Assembly: GCF_016433145.1 (NCBI RefSeq)
Contig: NC_058132.1
Location: forward strand, 204,139,682-204,203,681
Source: Gracilinanus agilis
Taxonomy: Eukaryota
Length of the DNA stretch: 64,000 bases
Reading direction: 5' to 3'
Part shown: positions 10,700-21,412 of the stretch, piece after piece
Numbering within the stretch: position 1 is the stretch's first letter
Layout: every line of letters begins with the position of its first letter
Position numbers and translations under genes: made by a program
Notes under the pieces: generated by a model
Seen by the model: the letters and a program-made list of their open reading frames with translations, nothing else
Told to the model about the DNA's origin: nothing
Databases searched by the model: none

Positions 10700-12100
10700 T
10701 AGGGCAGAACTTTGCTCACGCCCTGATTGCCCACCCAGGCTCGGCGCAACTCGCTAGGGATGTGACCTCGGGCAGGAAAGGAGGGGGCGAGGGGCGGGGG
10801 TACGGACTATGGGAGGCAACTCTGCAGCTTGCACCCACTCTGGTTGGAGTGCTGGGCGCGCACACACCCCTTTCCCCTCAATCCCAGGATGAGGAGGCGA
10901 ATAATGACCTCGCCTCCTCGGAATCCTCGGCCCCCGCCCCGAGCGACCCGCCTCCCTAGGGCTCCCAACTCCGCCGACGCCCCGCCCGTTCGGGTGCGGC
11001 CCCTTTAAGGCGCGGTGGGGGCGGGGCGTCGGCGGTGTTGTCAGTGTCAGCTCTGCGCACGCAACCCTCCCCGCGCCGGCCCGAGCCCCCGGAGCCCCCC
11101 AAGCTGAGCCGGAGCCAGCGAGGCGAGCGAGCGGCGAGAAGGCAGGCAGGCAGGCCAGGAGGGCAGGCAGAGAGAGAGTCCGGGCTGAGCCACCGGCGCC
11201 GGCCCGCGATGTGACCCGTCTAAGAGAGAGAGCCTGGCGCCAGCGAGAGAGAGCCCGGCGTCCGGGCCCCCGCCCCGGCTGCTCCCGAACCCCGAGACGT
11301 CCCGGGCTCCAGGAGAGCCCCGCGGGCAGCCGAGCCCGCCCCCGCTCCCCGCCTGCTGGGCTGTCCGGGCCATGCTCCCCCGGGGCGACTGCTGAGCTGA
11401 GCCGAGGCGGCGCGCGGAGCATGGATCCGGGCTGGGGGCGGCGGGACGTGGGCTGGGCGGCTCTGCTGCTTCTCTTCGTTGCCTCGCTGCTCACCGTGGC
11501 CGGCTGGCTGCTGCAGTACGCCCGGGGCGTATGGCTGGGGCAAGCCCGCCGGGGCCGGGGGCCGGGTCTAGGGCTCGGGGTGGCCGAGCCGGGGGGGTCG
11601 CTGCGAGAGCTGGGCGTGTGGCGCTCCCTGTTGCGCCTACGGTCCAACCGAGCTGGCGCCCCGGAGGAATCAGGTGTCCGGGGCCTTTTGGCCTCACTCT
11701 TCGCCTTCAAGTCTTTCCGGGAAAACTGGCAGCGAGCTTGGGTTCGAGCGCTTAATCAGCAGGCCTGTAGGGATGGGGTAAGTTATTGGGGGCTTCTGAG
11801 GGCTTGGCTGGACTTTCCAGGTTCGGAGCAGCAGGGCTGCCCAGGTGTACCAGAAGCAGGTTCTAGTGTACATGTGTGTTCGGGGGTTGGGGGGTGATGA
11901 GAGCAGGTTTGAGTACCTCTTGCCCCATGCCATCTCCCTTAAGTACTCCACCTCGGAGAAAGAGGTGTGGGTGAAGATGAGGGGTGGAGGGACCGCTCTG
12001 TGCCCTCGATCCCAGGTCCCCGTGGGCGGGGGAACCTCGGGGCTCCGAAACCGGCGGAGAAGTTGCTGTTCTCATAGCAACGCTAATCCCTGCGTTGAGG
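10700..12100 (+). promoter_or_regulatory. C2CD2L: C2CD2L CpG island / promoter
   Basis: Very CpG-rich. Multiple GGGCGG boxes, CCCCTTTAAG TATA-like motif at 11000-11009, NRF1-like TGCGCACGCA near 11055. Confidence 0.85.
11421..11777 (+). CDS. C2CD2L: C2CD2L exon 1
   Basis: [33 protein letters not shown]...[24 protein letters not shown]; donor GTAAGT at 11778. Confidence 0.95.
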
Positions 12101-13985
12101 GAACTGCTCCTCCACCTGGAGCTGTGGAATTGGTGGTGATGGTGATTGGGGGCTGGGGGTGGGAGGTTGCCAGTTGGATAGGAAGCACGAAGCAGCCACA
12201 GGGATCTATCTGGTTTGTAAGCGTTCTCTCCCCTGCCTCCAGTAGGCATTACCTGTGTCCCAAATCCTTGACCTTCCTTCGAAAATCCAGAGCTACCTGC
12301 TTCCTCCTAACCAAGCTCTGCTCTTTCTGCCCTGATATCTTCCTTCATAGAGATAGATGGATAGGGTTAGAGTGGAGTTGTTCAAATGAGATTCTTGGGG
12401 CACAGTTGGACCTGACCCCTAAGGGTCAGTCAGAGGCTCCAACCTGGGCAGGGATCAGTTCACTTCCCCAGGATTGCACCATGGGACATCTGACCACTAA
12501 GGAAGTAGGGCAGGAAGCATTTGTCACAAGACTGGAGTGGAAGGGAGTGGACTTCCCTCCCCTAGACCCCTCTACCTACCCGTCTAGCCCAAACATTTTA
12601 CTTTTGTCCCCACTTTTCTCCTCCACCCCCCAAGAACATTAACTCCATTCCTGGAAGGGATTCCTTATTACATTCAGGCCCTATCCCTTTCCACTTCCCC
12701 CAGTAGCTCTGAAGGATTAGCAGTGACATAGACTTGTTATACATTTCCCTCATGTGCCCTCTAGGGTCAGGGTGGCAGTTGTTAGTGGAGACCTTGACCT
12801 CTCCCTCCCCTGTGCGCAGCTCTAGGCACCGTGTCCTCAGGTGAGGAGGTGTTTTTTTTAGACTGCCAACTCAGATGGACATTGGACTCCCCTAGGTGTG
12901 TCGAGAATGGGGCCCCTAGCATCATCCCATCTGCCTCTAGCCGGTGGGTCTGAGCCAGAAGTTGGGGGGAGGCTGCTGGAGCAGAAGCACTTACCGACTT
13001 GCTTTGCCAGGCAAATGAACTATGGGGATTTGCTCCCTTTGCCAATTAAATCCTAGGGAAGGAGCCAACTTGTGCCCCTCCCCCCAACCAGTGAGCTCTC
13101 TGCCCTGTACCTTTTCTTGAACCCCGAATGAGCCTACCCTGTATCTGTGTTGTCCCTATCTTGCTCCTGCTGAGCTATGGGTGATTTAGGAGCCAGCCCT
13201 TCCCAGGTTTGAGCTAAGGAGCTTTCTTCTCCTTAATCTCACTCTGATGTCTAACTGGAAGAATTAGCTAGTGTCCTGGGCCCCTGGAGAACTTGAACCC
13301 TGTGTGCTGGCTGTTTGTCCTGTCCTGCCTGTCCCCTAGAGCTATGTCTAGCTAGGTAGATATTCCTAATCTCAAGATAAGACTGTATACTTAAATTTCT
13401 TCTCTTTCCGACTGTTAGCTTTTATCTTCTTCCCCTCCCCTTGCCTTTCAAAAAAAGAAAGAAAGAGAAAAAAAAAAATTCTAACCCCACCTCCATGTAT
13501 CAGCCTGAAATATTCCACCAACAGGCTTCAACCACTCCTATCCCAGCATTTCGAAATTCAGGAATTATGTTTGTAAACTTTAAAGCAACCAACAAATAGG
13601 TGTTATCATCGTTTATTATTGCATCTTGTTCCCCCTCTTCCTGTTTTTTTTTTTTAAGGGGATAATCCGTAGCCTTTCTTCTTTGCTTGAGGGGCTGATG
13701 AATTTTAGGGTGAACAAGTACTTCTGTCCTCTGGGCTCTGCCCCCCCCCCCAGCCTCTTTTTGCAGAAGTAGCATCAACCAGGCCTTCTGGTGGGGAGGG
13801 GTTTTAGAAGGGAGGGCTCCTTCTACCCAGGTCTTGGTCCAGGGGAGGCCAGGAGCCAACCCTGCAGCTGAAGTGACCGCAGCTTCCAGGAATCTGGCCA
13901 GATGGAAAGGGGCCAATTCTGGTGGAGGTGGGGTCAGATCTAGGGAGGCTGACCCTTCTTCCCCAAACCCCTTCTATTTTTCTAG

Positions 13986-14081
13986 AGCTCTATCCAGATC
14001 ACTTTTGAAGAGATACCCCATCTTCCACCCAGTGCATCTATCAGTCATGTGACCTGCGTGGACCAATCAGAGCACAGCATG
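13986..14081 (+). CDS. C2CD2L: C2CD2L exon 2
   Basis: TAG acceptor; [32 protein letters not shown]; donor GTGAGG. Confidence 0.92.
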
Positions 14082-14581
14082 GTGAGGGGTGGGATAATGC
14101 TTGGATGGGTATTAGCCAACTCTGGACTCATAGGGTGAATTCTTGGAGACCTATGAGTTATGCATTCCCTTTACCTGTCAAATTCTAGGCCAACTCACAT
14201 GCCACCTCTTCTAGGAAGCCTTCCATGACCATCTTTCTCAATGACTTTCTGGCTCCCCTCCCACCACAGTCTCTTTTGTTTTTTGTCTCTTTAACTAGAT
14301 TAAAACTATTGAGTGTGTTATTGTTATCCATGCATGTCTCATCTCTCTCCATTAGACTCCCAGAGCAGAGACTGTGGCTTAGCTCAATTTTATGTTTCTC
14401 CCAGTGCCTAGCCCAGCTCTGAGCTTACAGTAACACTTGTGGCAGAGTTCTGAGGTTTCCCCTAGTTCCCCAGAGATCTGTGATAAGGAGGGGAGAATCT
14501 GTGTTGTAATGTATGCCCAGATAGAGAAGCTAGAAAGCGGGCCTGAAGCCTTTTTGTCTCTCTTCCCTTCACCTGCCTCAG

Positions 14582-14701
14582 GTCCTTCACTGCCAGCTAT
14601 CTGCGGAGGAGGTTCAGTTCCCAGTCTCAGTGACCCAGCAGTCCCCAGCTGCTGTCTCCATGGAGACATACCACATCACTCTGACACTTCTTCCAGCACA
14701 G
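14582..14701 (+). CDS. C2CD2L: C2CD2L exon 3
   Basis: [40 protein letters not shown]; CAG/GTAGAA. Confidence 0.92.
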
Positions 14702-14774
14702 GTAGAAGGATAAGGGAAAACTGGGGAGTGGGGGTAAGGAGAGGTTGGTTGCCCCAAGTTTTTTTTTTTTTTTC

Positions 14775-14969
14775 TGAACCCTTACCTTTCTTCTTGGAGT
14801 CAATACTGTGTATTGGCTCCAAGGCAGAAGAGTGGTAAGGGCTAGGCAATGGGGGTCAAGTGACTTGCCCAGGGTCACACAGCTGGGAAGTGTCTGAGGC
14901 CAGATTTGAACCTAGGACCTCCCATCTCTAGGCCTGGCTCTCAATCCACTGAGCTACCCAGCTGCCCCC
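14775..14969 (-). mobile_element. SINE1_Mdo-type SINE in C2CD2L intron 3
   Basis: Near-consensus reverse copy (poly-T, CCCTTACCTTTC...GAGCTACCCAGCTGCCCCC). Confidence 0.9.
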
Positions 14970-15104
14970 TCAAGTTCTGAGGTTTATTTAAATCTCTTTT
15001 TGGGAATGGAGACCAGGAGGATGATTTGAAAAGAAGTGATGAGGGATGGGCAAGCAGAGGACCTATGTGCCTCCTTTTCTTTCCCCTCTCCTCCCAATCT
15101 CTAG

Positions 15105-15215
15105 TTGGAGGTCAACCTGGAAGAAATAGCCAATGAGGGGTTGCTGGTATCCTGGGCCTTCAAGGACCGCCCGGAGCTGAGCCTGACAGTTTGTCCCAAG
15201 CTGCAGGGGAAGGAG
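15105..15215 (+). CDS. C2CD2L: C2CD2L exon 4
   Basis: [37 protein letters not shown]; TAG/GTGAGT. Confidence 0.92.
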
Positions 15216-15420
15216 GTGAGTAGGTTGGGAGGTGACAGAGAGTATTCAGGGCAAGGTAGGAAGAGACTGTGAGGTAGGGGACTGTTGGGAAAGTGGATTT
15301 GGGACAGAAGTGGAGTTGAGAGGCAGCTGAGGAAAAACATGGTGGAGAATATATTCAGGAAAAGTAAGGGAGAAAGCTAGGGAACTCTGGTTCCTCACTC
15401 TCTCCTTGCCATCATTACAG

Positions 15421-15537
15421 AGAAGTGAGGAACAGGTGGATTTGTCTACCATTAAGGAACTGATTGAGGATACCATTGTCAGTACACAGCCTGCCATGAT
15501 GGTGAACCTCAGGGCTTGTCCTCCTCCAGGGGGCATG
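15421..15537 (+). CDS. C2CD2L: C2CD2L exon 5
   Basis: [39 protein letters not shown]; CAG/GTGAGT. Confidence 0.92.
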
Positions 15538-15645
15538 GTGAGTAGACACCAGAGGTGATTAGGGTTGAAATGATGGGCTGTATCCTACACTCTATTCTTT
15601 TGGGGATTTTTAACATCTTTCCCTTTTCCTTCCCAACTACCTTAG

Positions 15646-15745
15646 GTATCCTGTGAGAAGCCAGTCATGGGACCCCCAGTTCAATCACCTGCCCCCAAGC
15701 CCATTAGGCTTCTCTTACGGCAGTTGAGAGCAAGCCACATAGGTG
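15646..15745 (+). CDS. C2CD2L: C2CD2L exon 6 (3' end ambiguous: 15745 or 15769)
   Basis: VSCEKPVMGPPVQSPAPKPIRLLLRQLRASHIG; two phase-1 donors, GTGAGT at 15746 and GTGAGC at 15770. Confidence 0.8.
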
Positions 15746-16086
15746 GTGAGTCAGGCGATGAGACAGGAGGTGAGCCATTAGAAGGGGGAGGGAGCTGTTG
15801 TGGCAAATGAAGTTCTGGTGTTATATCCTTAAACCAGTTTTATTTTATGAGTCTAAGAGTCATTTTTCTTTGTAGTATGGTTGAAATTTTTAGACATGGG
15901 TCTGATTCTGGCTCCTATTTTTCTAGCTATGTTACCTTAGGCAAGACATTTCCTTTTGCAGACTCTCAATTTCCTCACCCATCAAATGAAGAGGTTAGAC
16001 CCCATAATCTCTAAGGTCTCTTCCAGCTCTACGTGATCTTTGTATCCTGCCTACTCTCTGACTTTTGATCTCTGATTCCTTTTCAG

Positions 16087-16195
16087 GAAATGGGGAGGTA
16101 TGCTGTGTGGCAGAGCTGGACAGCCCTCAGCAGCAGAAATGGACCAAACCAGCACGGGCTGCTCCGGAGGTTGAGTGGTTGGAAGAACTGGCTCT
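16087..16195 (+). CDS. C2CD2L: C2CD2L exon 7
   Basis: (G)[35 protein letters not shown](L); CAG/GTAAGG. Confidence 0.92.
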
Positions 16196-16404
16196 GTAAG
16201 GAATCTCATAACTCCCTTTCTGCTTTATGACATTGCACATTGTCCTGGCATACTGAAGCTGCCTCCATGAGATGACCCTGGTCAACTGCCTTAAACCAGT
16301 GGGAGCCTGATGGCTCCAAGACAGGGAGGAGAGGGGTTTGCCTGGGAGGATGCAGCTTACCCTTCGATCAATAATCTTCTCTTGCCCTCCTCCTTGACTC
16401 ACAG

Positions 16405-16469
16405 GGAAATAGGTCCCCAGAGCCGGGAGCTTACTCTGAAGGTGCTAAGGAGTAGCAGTGTTGGAGAGA
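16405..16469 (+). CDS. C2CD2L: C2CD2L exon 8
   Basis: EIGPQSRELTLKVLRSSSVGE; CAG/GTGAGT. Confidence 0.92.
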
Positions 16470-16564
16470 GTGAGTGTGTGTGGGTGTGTGGCGGGGTGCT
16501 TTCCTGGGAGTGGGGTGGGGTGGTCCCAGCCTTGACTCACTGTGGCACCCATCCTTCTCTGCAG

Positions 16565-16692
16565 ATGTACTCTTGGGTCACACCACACTGCCGGTGGGCT
16601 CCCCTTCCAGGCAGACATCCAGACGGCAGCTATGTCCTCTGACTCCTGGGCCAGGAAACACCTCAGGCTTAGTTGCCACTCTAGCACTCGAG
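16565..16692 (+). CDS. C2CD2L: C2CD2L exon 9
   Basis: [42 protein letters not shown]; CAG/GTGAGA. Confidence 0.92.
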
Positions 16693-16800
16693 GTGAGAAG
16701 CTGCCCCCCTGGTGGGGGGAGACCACAGATAGATAGGATGGTGTCAGGGTAGAGGGCCTAACCTAGTGCCCATTTTCTGTGTTCTACTTTTTCTTGGTAG

Positions 16801-16975
16801 CTCTTATATGAAGAGGGCTCCACTGGGAACCTGAGTAGCCCAGCCCCACCCACTCCTCGCCCCAGCATCACACCCACCAAAAAGATCGAATTGGATCGTA
16901 CCATCATGCCTGATGGCACCATTGTAACCACAGTGACTACTGTCCAGTCCAGGCCTAGAGCTGATGGCAAGCTGG
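16801..16975 (+). CDS. C2CD2L: C2CD2L exon 10
   Basis: [58 protein letters not shown]; TAG/GTAAGA. Confidence 0.93.
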
Positions 16976-17456
16976 GTAAGAAGGGAGGTGGCAAGGAGGT
17001 TTAGGAAGGCACGGGAAGCCCAAGCTTAACCTTTGCCTTCTGGAGGAGGGATAGCAAAAGGATGCCAAGTAGACCTCAAACTCCAATATGGCTCCAGACT
17101 TTGTGTATATTGTTACCAATCACTTGTCTCTCTCTTTCCATGTATGGGCCTACAGTCCCTGATCTTCCCTTTTCCTCCTAATCTGTCTCCTTTCTTTCTT
17201 TTTTTTCATAATGGTTTCTTCTGTTTCCTTCAGTCTTTTCACTTGACTTTTCCCTCATCTCCTTCATCTCCGTTTTCTAAGTTCTGAACATCCTCAATCT
17301 CTCTCCATATACCAATGGATTTCTTATGTGCCCTTCCCCACCCAGCATATGCATTTCCTTTCTCTGGCCCCAAGCTACTTAGTTTGGATCTAGCTAAGTT
17401 CCTGGGGAGGGCATTGAGGGAGCTCTTAACTCACTGATTTTTCTCCTTAACCATAG

Positions 17457-17558
17457 ACTCTCCCTCCCGATCTCCATCCAAGGTGGAGGTAACAGAGAAA
17501 ACAACAACCGTGCTAAGTGACAGCAGTGTCCCCAGCAGTGCTTCTCCCAGCAGTAGCC
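17457..17558 (+). CDS. C2CD2L: C2CD2L exon 11
   Basis: (D)[33 protein letters not shown]; TAG/GTGAGT. Confidence 0.92.
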
Positions 17559-17753
17559 GTGAGTGTGTGTGTGGGGACATGCAGTAACCATAGTGGAAGG
17601 CCTGCAGGACAGTCAGCAGTGCCATAGCATGATGCCAGCACCCAGGCACCAGAGACCCAAGAAACTGGGAGCTGGGCTGGGAGAGCTCTGATCCCAAGAA
17701 AGCTTCTGGGATCTAGAAGGCAAGAGTGCTGATAAGTATGTCCTCTTTGGCAG

Positions 17754-17887
17754 GGGACAGCCACCTCTCCAATGGCCTGGATCCTGTGGCAGAAACGGCA
17801 ATCCGGCAGCTGACAGAACCCAGTGGCCGCCCAGCTAAGAAGACACCCACCAAACGTAGCACCCTCATTATCTCTGGGGTCTCTAAG
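17754..17887 (+). CDS. C2CD2L: C2CD2L exon 12
   Basis: (R)[44 protein letters not shown]; CAG/GTAACT. Confidence 0.93.
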
Positions 17888-18347
17888 GTAACTTGATTCT
17901 AATGGGGAAGGGGCTGGACTGTTGCTAAAACAGATAAGACTTCATCTTATCTCTGTGCATTTGCCCTGGCTCTGCCTTGGGAAGGATTTCCCTTCCTAAA
18001 CTCCAACTCTTTGGATCTCTTGATTTTCTTGAAGACACATCTCAAATACCACATTATTCAGGTGGCCTTTCCTGTCCCACCCAAGCCTCCCCCAAGTCTC
18101 TAGTGCCATTTCCTTTAATATGACATCCTATCTATTCTGAATTTATCTTGTAGATTCTGATTTACATGTGTTTTTGTCCCTTTCCCCATCCCCAATTAGG
18201 ATGTAAGCTCCTATTTTTGCTTTTTCTGTCTCCAGTGCTTAGTACATGCTTGGCATACAGAGAGTGCTTAGTAAATTTTTTTTTTATTTATTAATTTACT
18301 GGAGAGGATGTCCTGCCAGCCTCTAACTCCTTGTCTCTTCTTCCCAG

Positions 18348-18630
18348 GTTCCCATTGCCCAAGATGAGTTGGCATTGTCCTTGGGTTATGCAGCCTCTCT
18401 AGAGGCTTCGATGCAGGGTGAGGCAGAGGGCAGTGAGGATCCCTCACCTCCCCTGGATCCTCCAGCCATGTCCCCTGGACCCTTGGAGGCCCTGTCCAGT
18501 CCAGCGGGTACCCAGGAGACGGATGAGACAACTCGCTCAGACATTTCAGAACGGCCTTCTGTGGATGATGTGGAATCAGAGACTGGTTCCACAGGAGCCT
18601 TGGAGACCCGAAGCCTCAAGGACCATAAGG
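18348..18630 (+). CDS. C2CD2L: C2CD2L exon 13
   Basis: [21 protein letters not shown]...[33 protein letters not shown]; CAG/GTGAGG. Confidence 0.93.
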
Positions 18631-19649
18631 GTGAGGAGGGGGAAGAATGACCCTATCATCTTTCTAGGTTCCCATGGGTCACTGACCTGGGATTTACTTG
18701 TTAGATATCCAGGGGCATACTGGTCACAGCCCAGTCTGCCCAACCTTTTCCATACATAGATAACCAGCTGCCCTCTCTTTCTTAGATGCTAGGATCTAAC
18801 AGGTCCAGTTAGTTCTCCATTCTCTCTGGGCTTTGTTTCCCTGCCTCCTCACAGGTTTAGTACTATCCCTTTGTATTAATTCTGCTTCTGCCTCAGTTTC
18901 CCTTCTTCTCCCCTAGGTTTCAGTTTGCACTCTAGTTTTTATCTTTTTCTGTCCACCTCCTCACTTTGCCTTTCAGTCATATCTCATTTATACTACCTTG
19001 TCCCTACGGATATAAGAATTACTACATTAGATGAGACATAGAGTGATTCCAGCCTAGGACCACTTGTGATTGGGACACATTTTGTGGAAGTAGATGGTTG
19101 TCTTCTTCCTGAGTCTCGAAGGGCAAGGCCTTACCAGAAAGCATCCCTCCTTGACTCATCCACAATACATACCTGTCATCTAGATTCTTACTAGCTCTAA
19201 TGTTCTGTGAATTCATCTAAGCTCTATGGAACCTCTTCACATGTCTAGCCTCTACTCCATTTTGGGATAATGAGTTCTTTAAGTTGATGGTCTCCTATGT
19301 AAAGTAGGGCTTCATTATATTGCTCCTGAATTAACTCTTTTTAAGCTTTAAGGGACTCCTGCCTAATTCAGCAATCCAGCAAGCACAAAGCTCTCCAGAT
19401 GTACAGAGCACCTTACTAGGTGCTGGAAAGATCCAGACATCTTCAATTCCAGCATTGAAGGGCATATGAAAACTGAAAATCATTACAATTCAGAATGAAG
19501 TATAAAGAAAACAATGAAAATACTATGAGAAAGCTTGAGAAAGGAAAGATTTTAAACTCATTGAAGGCAGGGACCACATCTTACTTATCTTTATAGCTGT
19601 TGTAGGGACTGTGAATTACACAGAGTAGGGGCCCATAAGAAGTTATGTT

Positions 19650-19960
19650 GGGGCAGCTAGGTGGCTCAGTGGATAGAGTGTCTGATGTATAGTCAGGAAG
19701 ATCTGGGTTCAAATGTGGCCTCAAGATATTTCCTAGCTGTGTGACCCTGGGCAAGTCATTTAACCCCAATTGCCTAGCCCTTGTTCTTAGAATTGATGCT
19801 TAGAAGGTAAGGGTTTAAAAATTGTTATCATCATCATCCCATTTTATAGTTGAGGCAACTGAGGCAGAGGTGAATGATTTGCCCAGGGTCACATAGCCAT
19901 TTCATGTCTAAGACCAAATTTGAACTTGGATCTTCCTGACTCCAGGTCCAGCTGCCTCTA
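19650..19960. mobile_element. Two adjacent oppositely oriented CORE-SINEs in C2CD2L intron 13
   Basis: Plus copy GGGGCAGCTAGGTGGCTCAG from about 19650; minus copy GATTTGCCCAGGGTCACATAG...CTTCCTGACTCCAGG at about 19830-19960. Confidence 0.7.
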
Positions 19961-20343
19961 TAGTATAGCATAGGACTGGTATAGGAAAAGATTAGAAATA
20001 AAGTATAGATTATAAAAAACCCTTACTTAAATCTCAAACAAGAGGAGTTTGAATTTGATTGTTCAGTTAGCCTGAAGAGCTTAAGCCCCTCCCCTGACTT
20101 CCTCTGGAATTGCAGGGTTTCAAGCTACAGGCTGGATTCCAAGTTCTCCTAGGATGTTCTCTGCCAGGTTTTCATTTCCAGCACTGCCGAGGACCTTTGA
20201 GGGGGGCCACAGCCTTAGACTATGTACTTGTCTTTAGGATGGAGCTTCTCCAATTTATTCCTCCTCTCCCACATCTCATGTATTAGTTTCTCCCTGAGCT
20301 CTTGGGTCTCAGTTTCTTTCCTTCTCCTGCCCCCCCCCAACAG

Positions 20344-20555
20344 TGAGTTTCCTTCGAAGTGGAACAAAATTGATCTTCCGCCGTCGACCACGACAGAAGG
20401 AGGCAGGGCTGAGCCAGTCACACGACGACCTCTCCAATGCGGCTGCTGTGCCCAGTGTCCGAAAGAAGGCTGGCAGCTTTTCCCGGCGCCTCATTAAGCG
20501 ATTTTCCTTTAAATCCAAACCCAAGGCCAATGGCAGTCCCAGTCCCCAGCTCTGA
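20344..20555 (+). CDS. C2CD2L: C2CD2L exon 14 (last coding exon)
   Basis: (V)[31 protein letters not shown]...[12 protein letters not shown], stop TGA 20553-20555. Confidence 0.95.
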
Positions 20556-21400
20556 GCGTCTCCCAACTACCACAGGACCAGGAAAGGGTTGAGATTTTAG
20601 ACCTGCCCTCCCCCTAGCACACCCCGTACCAGCCCCTTGGCAACCTGGGCTGGGGGCAGTCTTCAGGATGCTGGGAACCCCTACCTGCCTTGAGCTTTGG
20701 GGCCAGTTTTCTGGGTACTCACCATGAGGGCAAAGAGTGTCAAACATCCAATTCTGAGAACCAAGAAGAGGGTAGTTAAGGGCAGGGAGTATGCAGGAGG
20801 GCTCTGTCCTGGTACACGTGGGCTGCACCCAGAACTTGGTGCCTACTGATATTGTCCCCTCGTAGAAGTCCCAGGATGCCCAGCCCCCCAAAGTTTCCCT
20901 CTCTCCCTTTATTTATTCTATTTATACGTGTGGTCTCTGACCCTCAGTGGGCTGGGGGGGTTGGGTGAGTGGACAGAAGAGGGTCTCATTCCCAGGTGCC
21001 CTTTCTTTCATGCCCTAAGATAGGGCATTTCCCTCTGGCCTGGGGTATCTAGGCCTCAGATCATCACTCAGACCAGCACCAATGTCTGCCCTAGGGTACA
21101 TTGGCAGCTCATAGGAAGCCGGGCCGGTGCCCGGGATGGGGGGCAGGTACTCCCCCCCTCCCCAACACCCTCAATGTCCCTCCCTCTTTATTACTGTTTT
21201 TGTACTTGATGCCTTCTCCATAGGCAGAAGGAAGGAGCCAGGGGCCAGGCGGGAACTTTCCCCAGGCCAGTAGTGGCCATGACTGGCTTTTATTTAAGGA
21301 ATGTGTGATGAAGGAGGAAGCGTTAACTCTGCACCTTTGTGAATTTCAGGAGACAATGAATTTCCATTGCTGTGTGATGGCCTGGAACTTAACTTATTGA

Positions 21401-21412
21401 ATTAAAATTAAA
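21401..21412 (+). terminator. C2CD2L: Probable C2CD2L polyadenylation signal (tandem ATTAAA)
   Basis: ATTAAAATTAAA about 850 nt after the stop codon, at the end of a repeat-free 3' UTR-like stretch. Confidence 0.55.

Larger units (their letters stand above)
11421..20555 (+). other. C2CD2L: C2CD2L (TMEM24) gene, ER-plasma-membrane contact phospholipid transfer protein; 14 coding exons, about 702 aa (710 aa with the alternative exon 6 donor)
   Basis: The joined exons total 2109 nt with all phases consistent. Architecture: N-terminal TM anchor, SMP-type region, C2 domain, C-terminal polybasic tail (RRRPRQK...[21 protein letters not shown]). Confidence 0.95.

Noticed and set aside
10754-11710. 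318-aa minus-strand ORF and other long ORFs over the C2CD2L CpG island (also 11845..12642)
   Set aside because: Stop-poor GC-rich DNA, low-complexity R/P/G/A composition, non-ATG starts and no recognisable domain; antisense to or overlapping a real exon.
15646-15653. GTATCCTG directly after the exon 6 acceptor, resembling a U12 donor or recursive splice site
   Set aside because: It is coding sequence (Val-Ser-Cys), lacks the required TT at +7/+8, and no U12 branch point follows.
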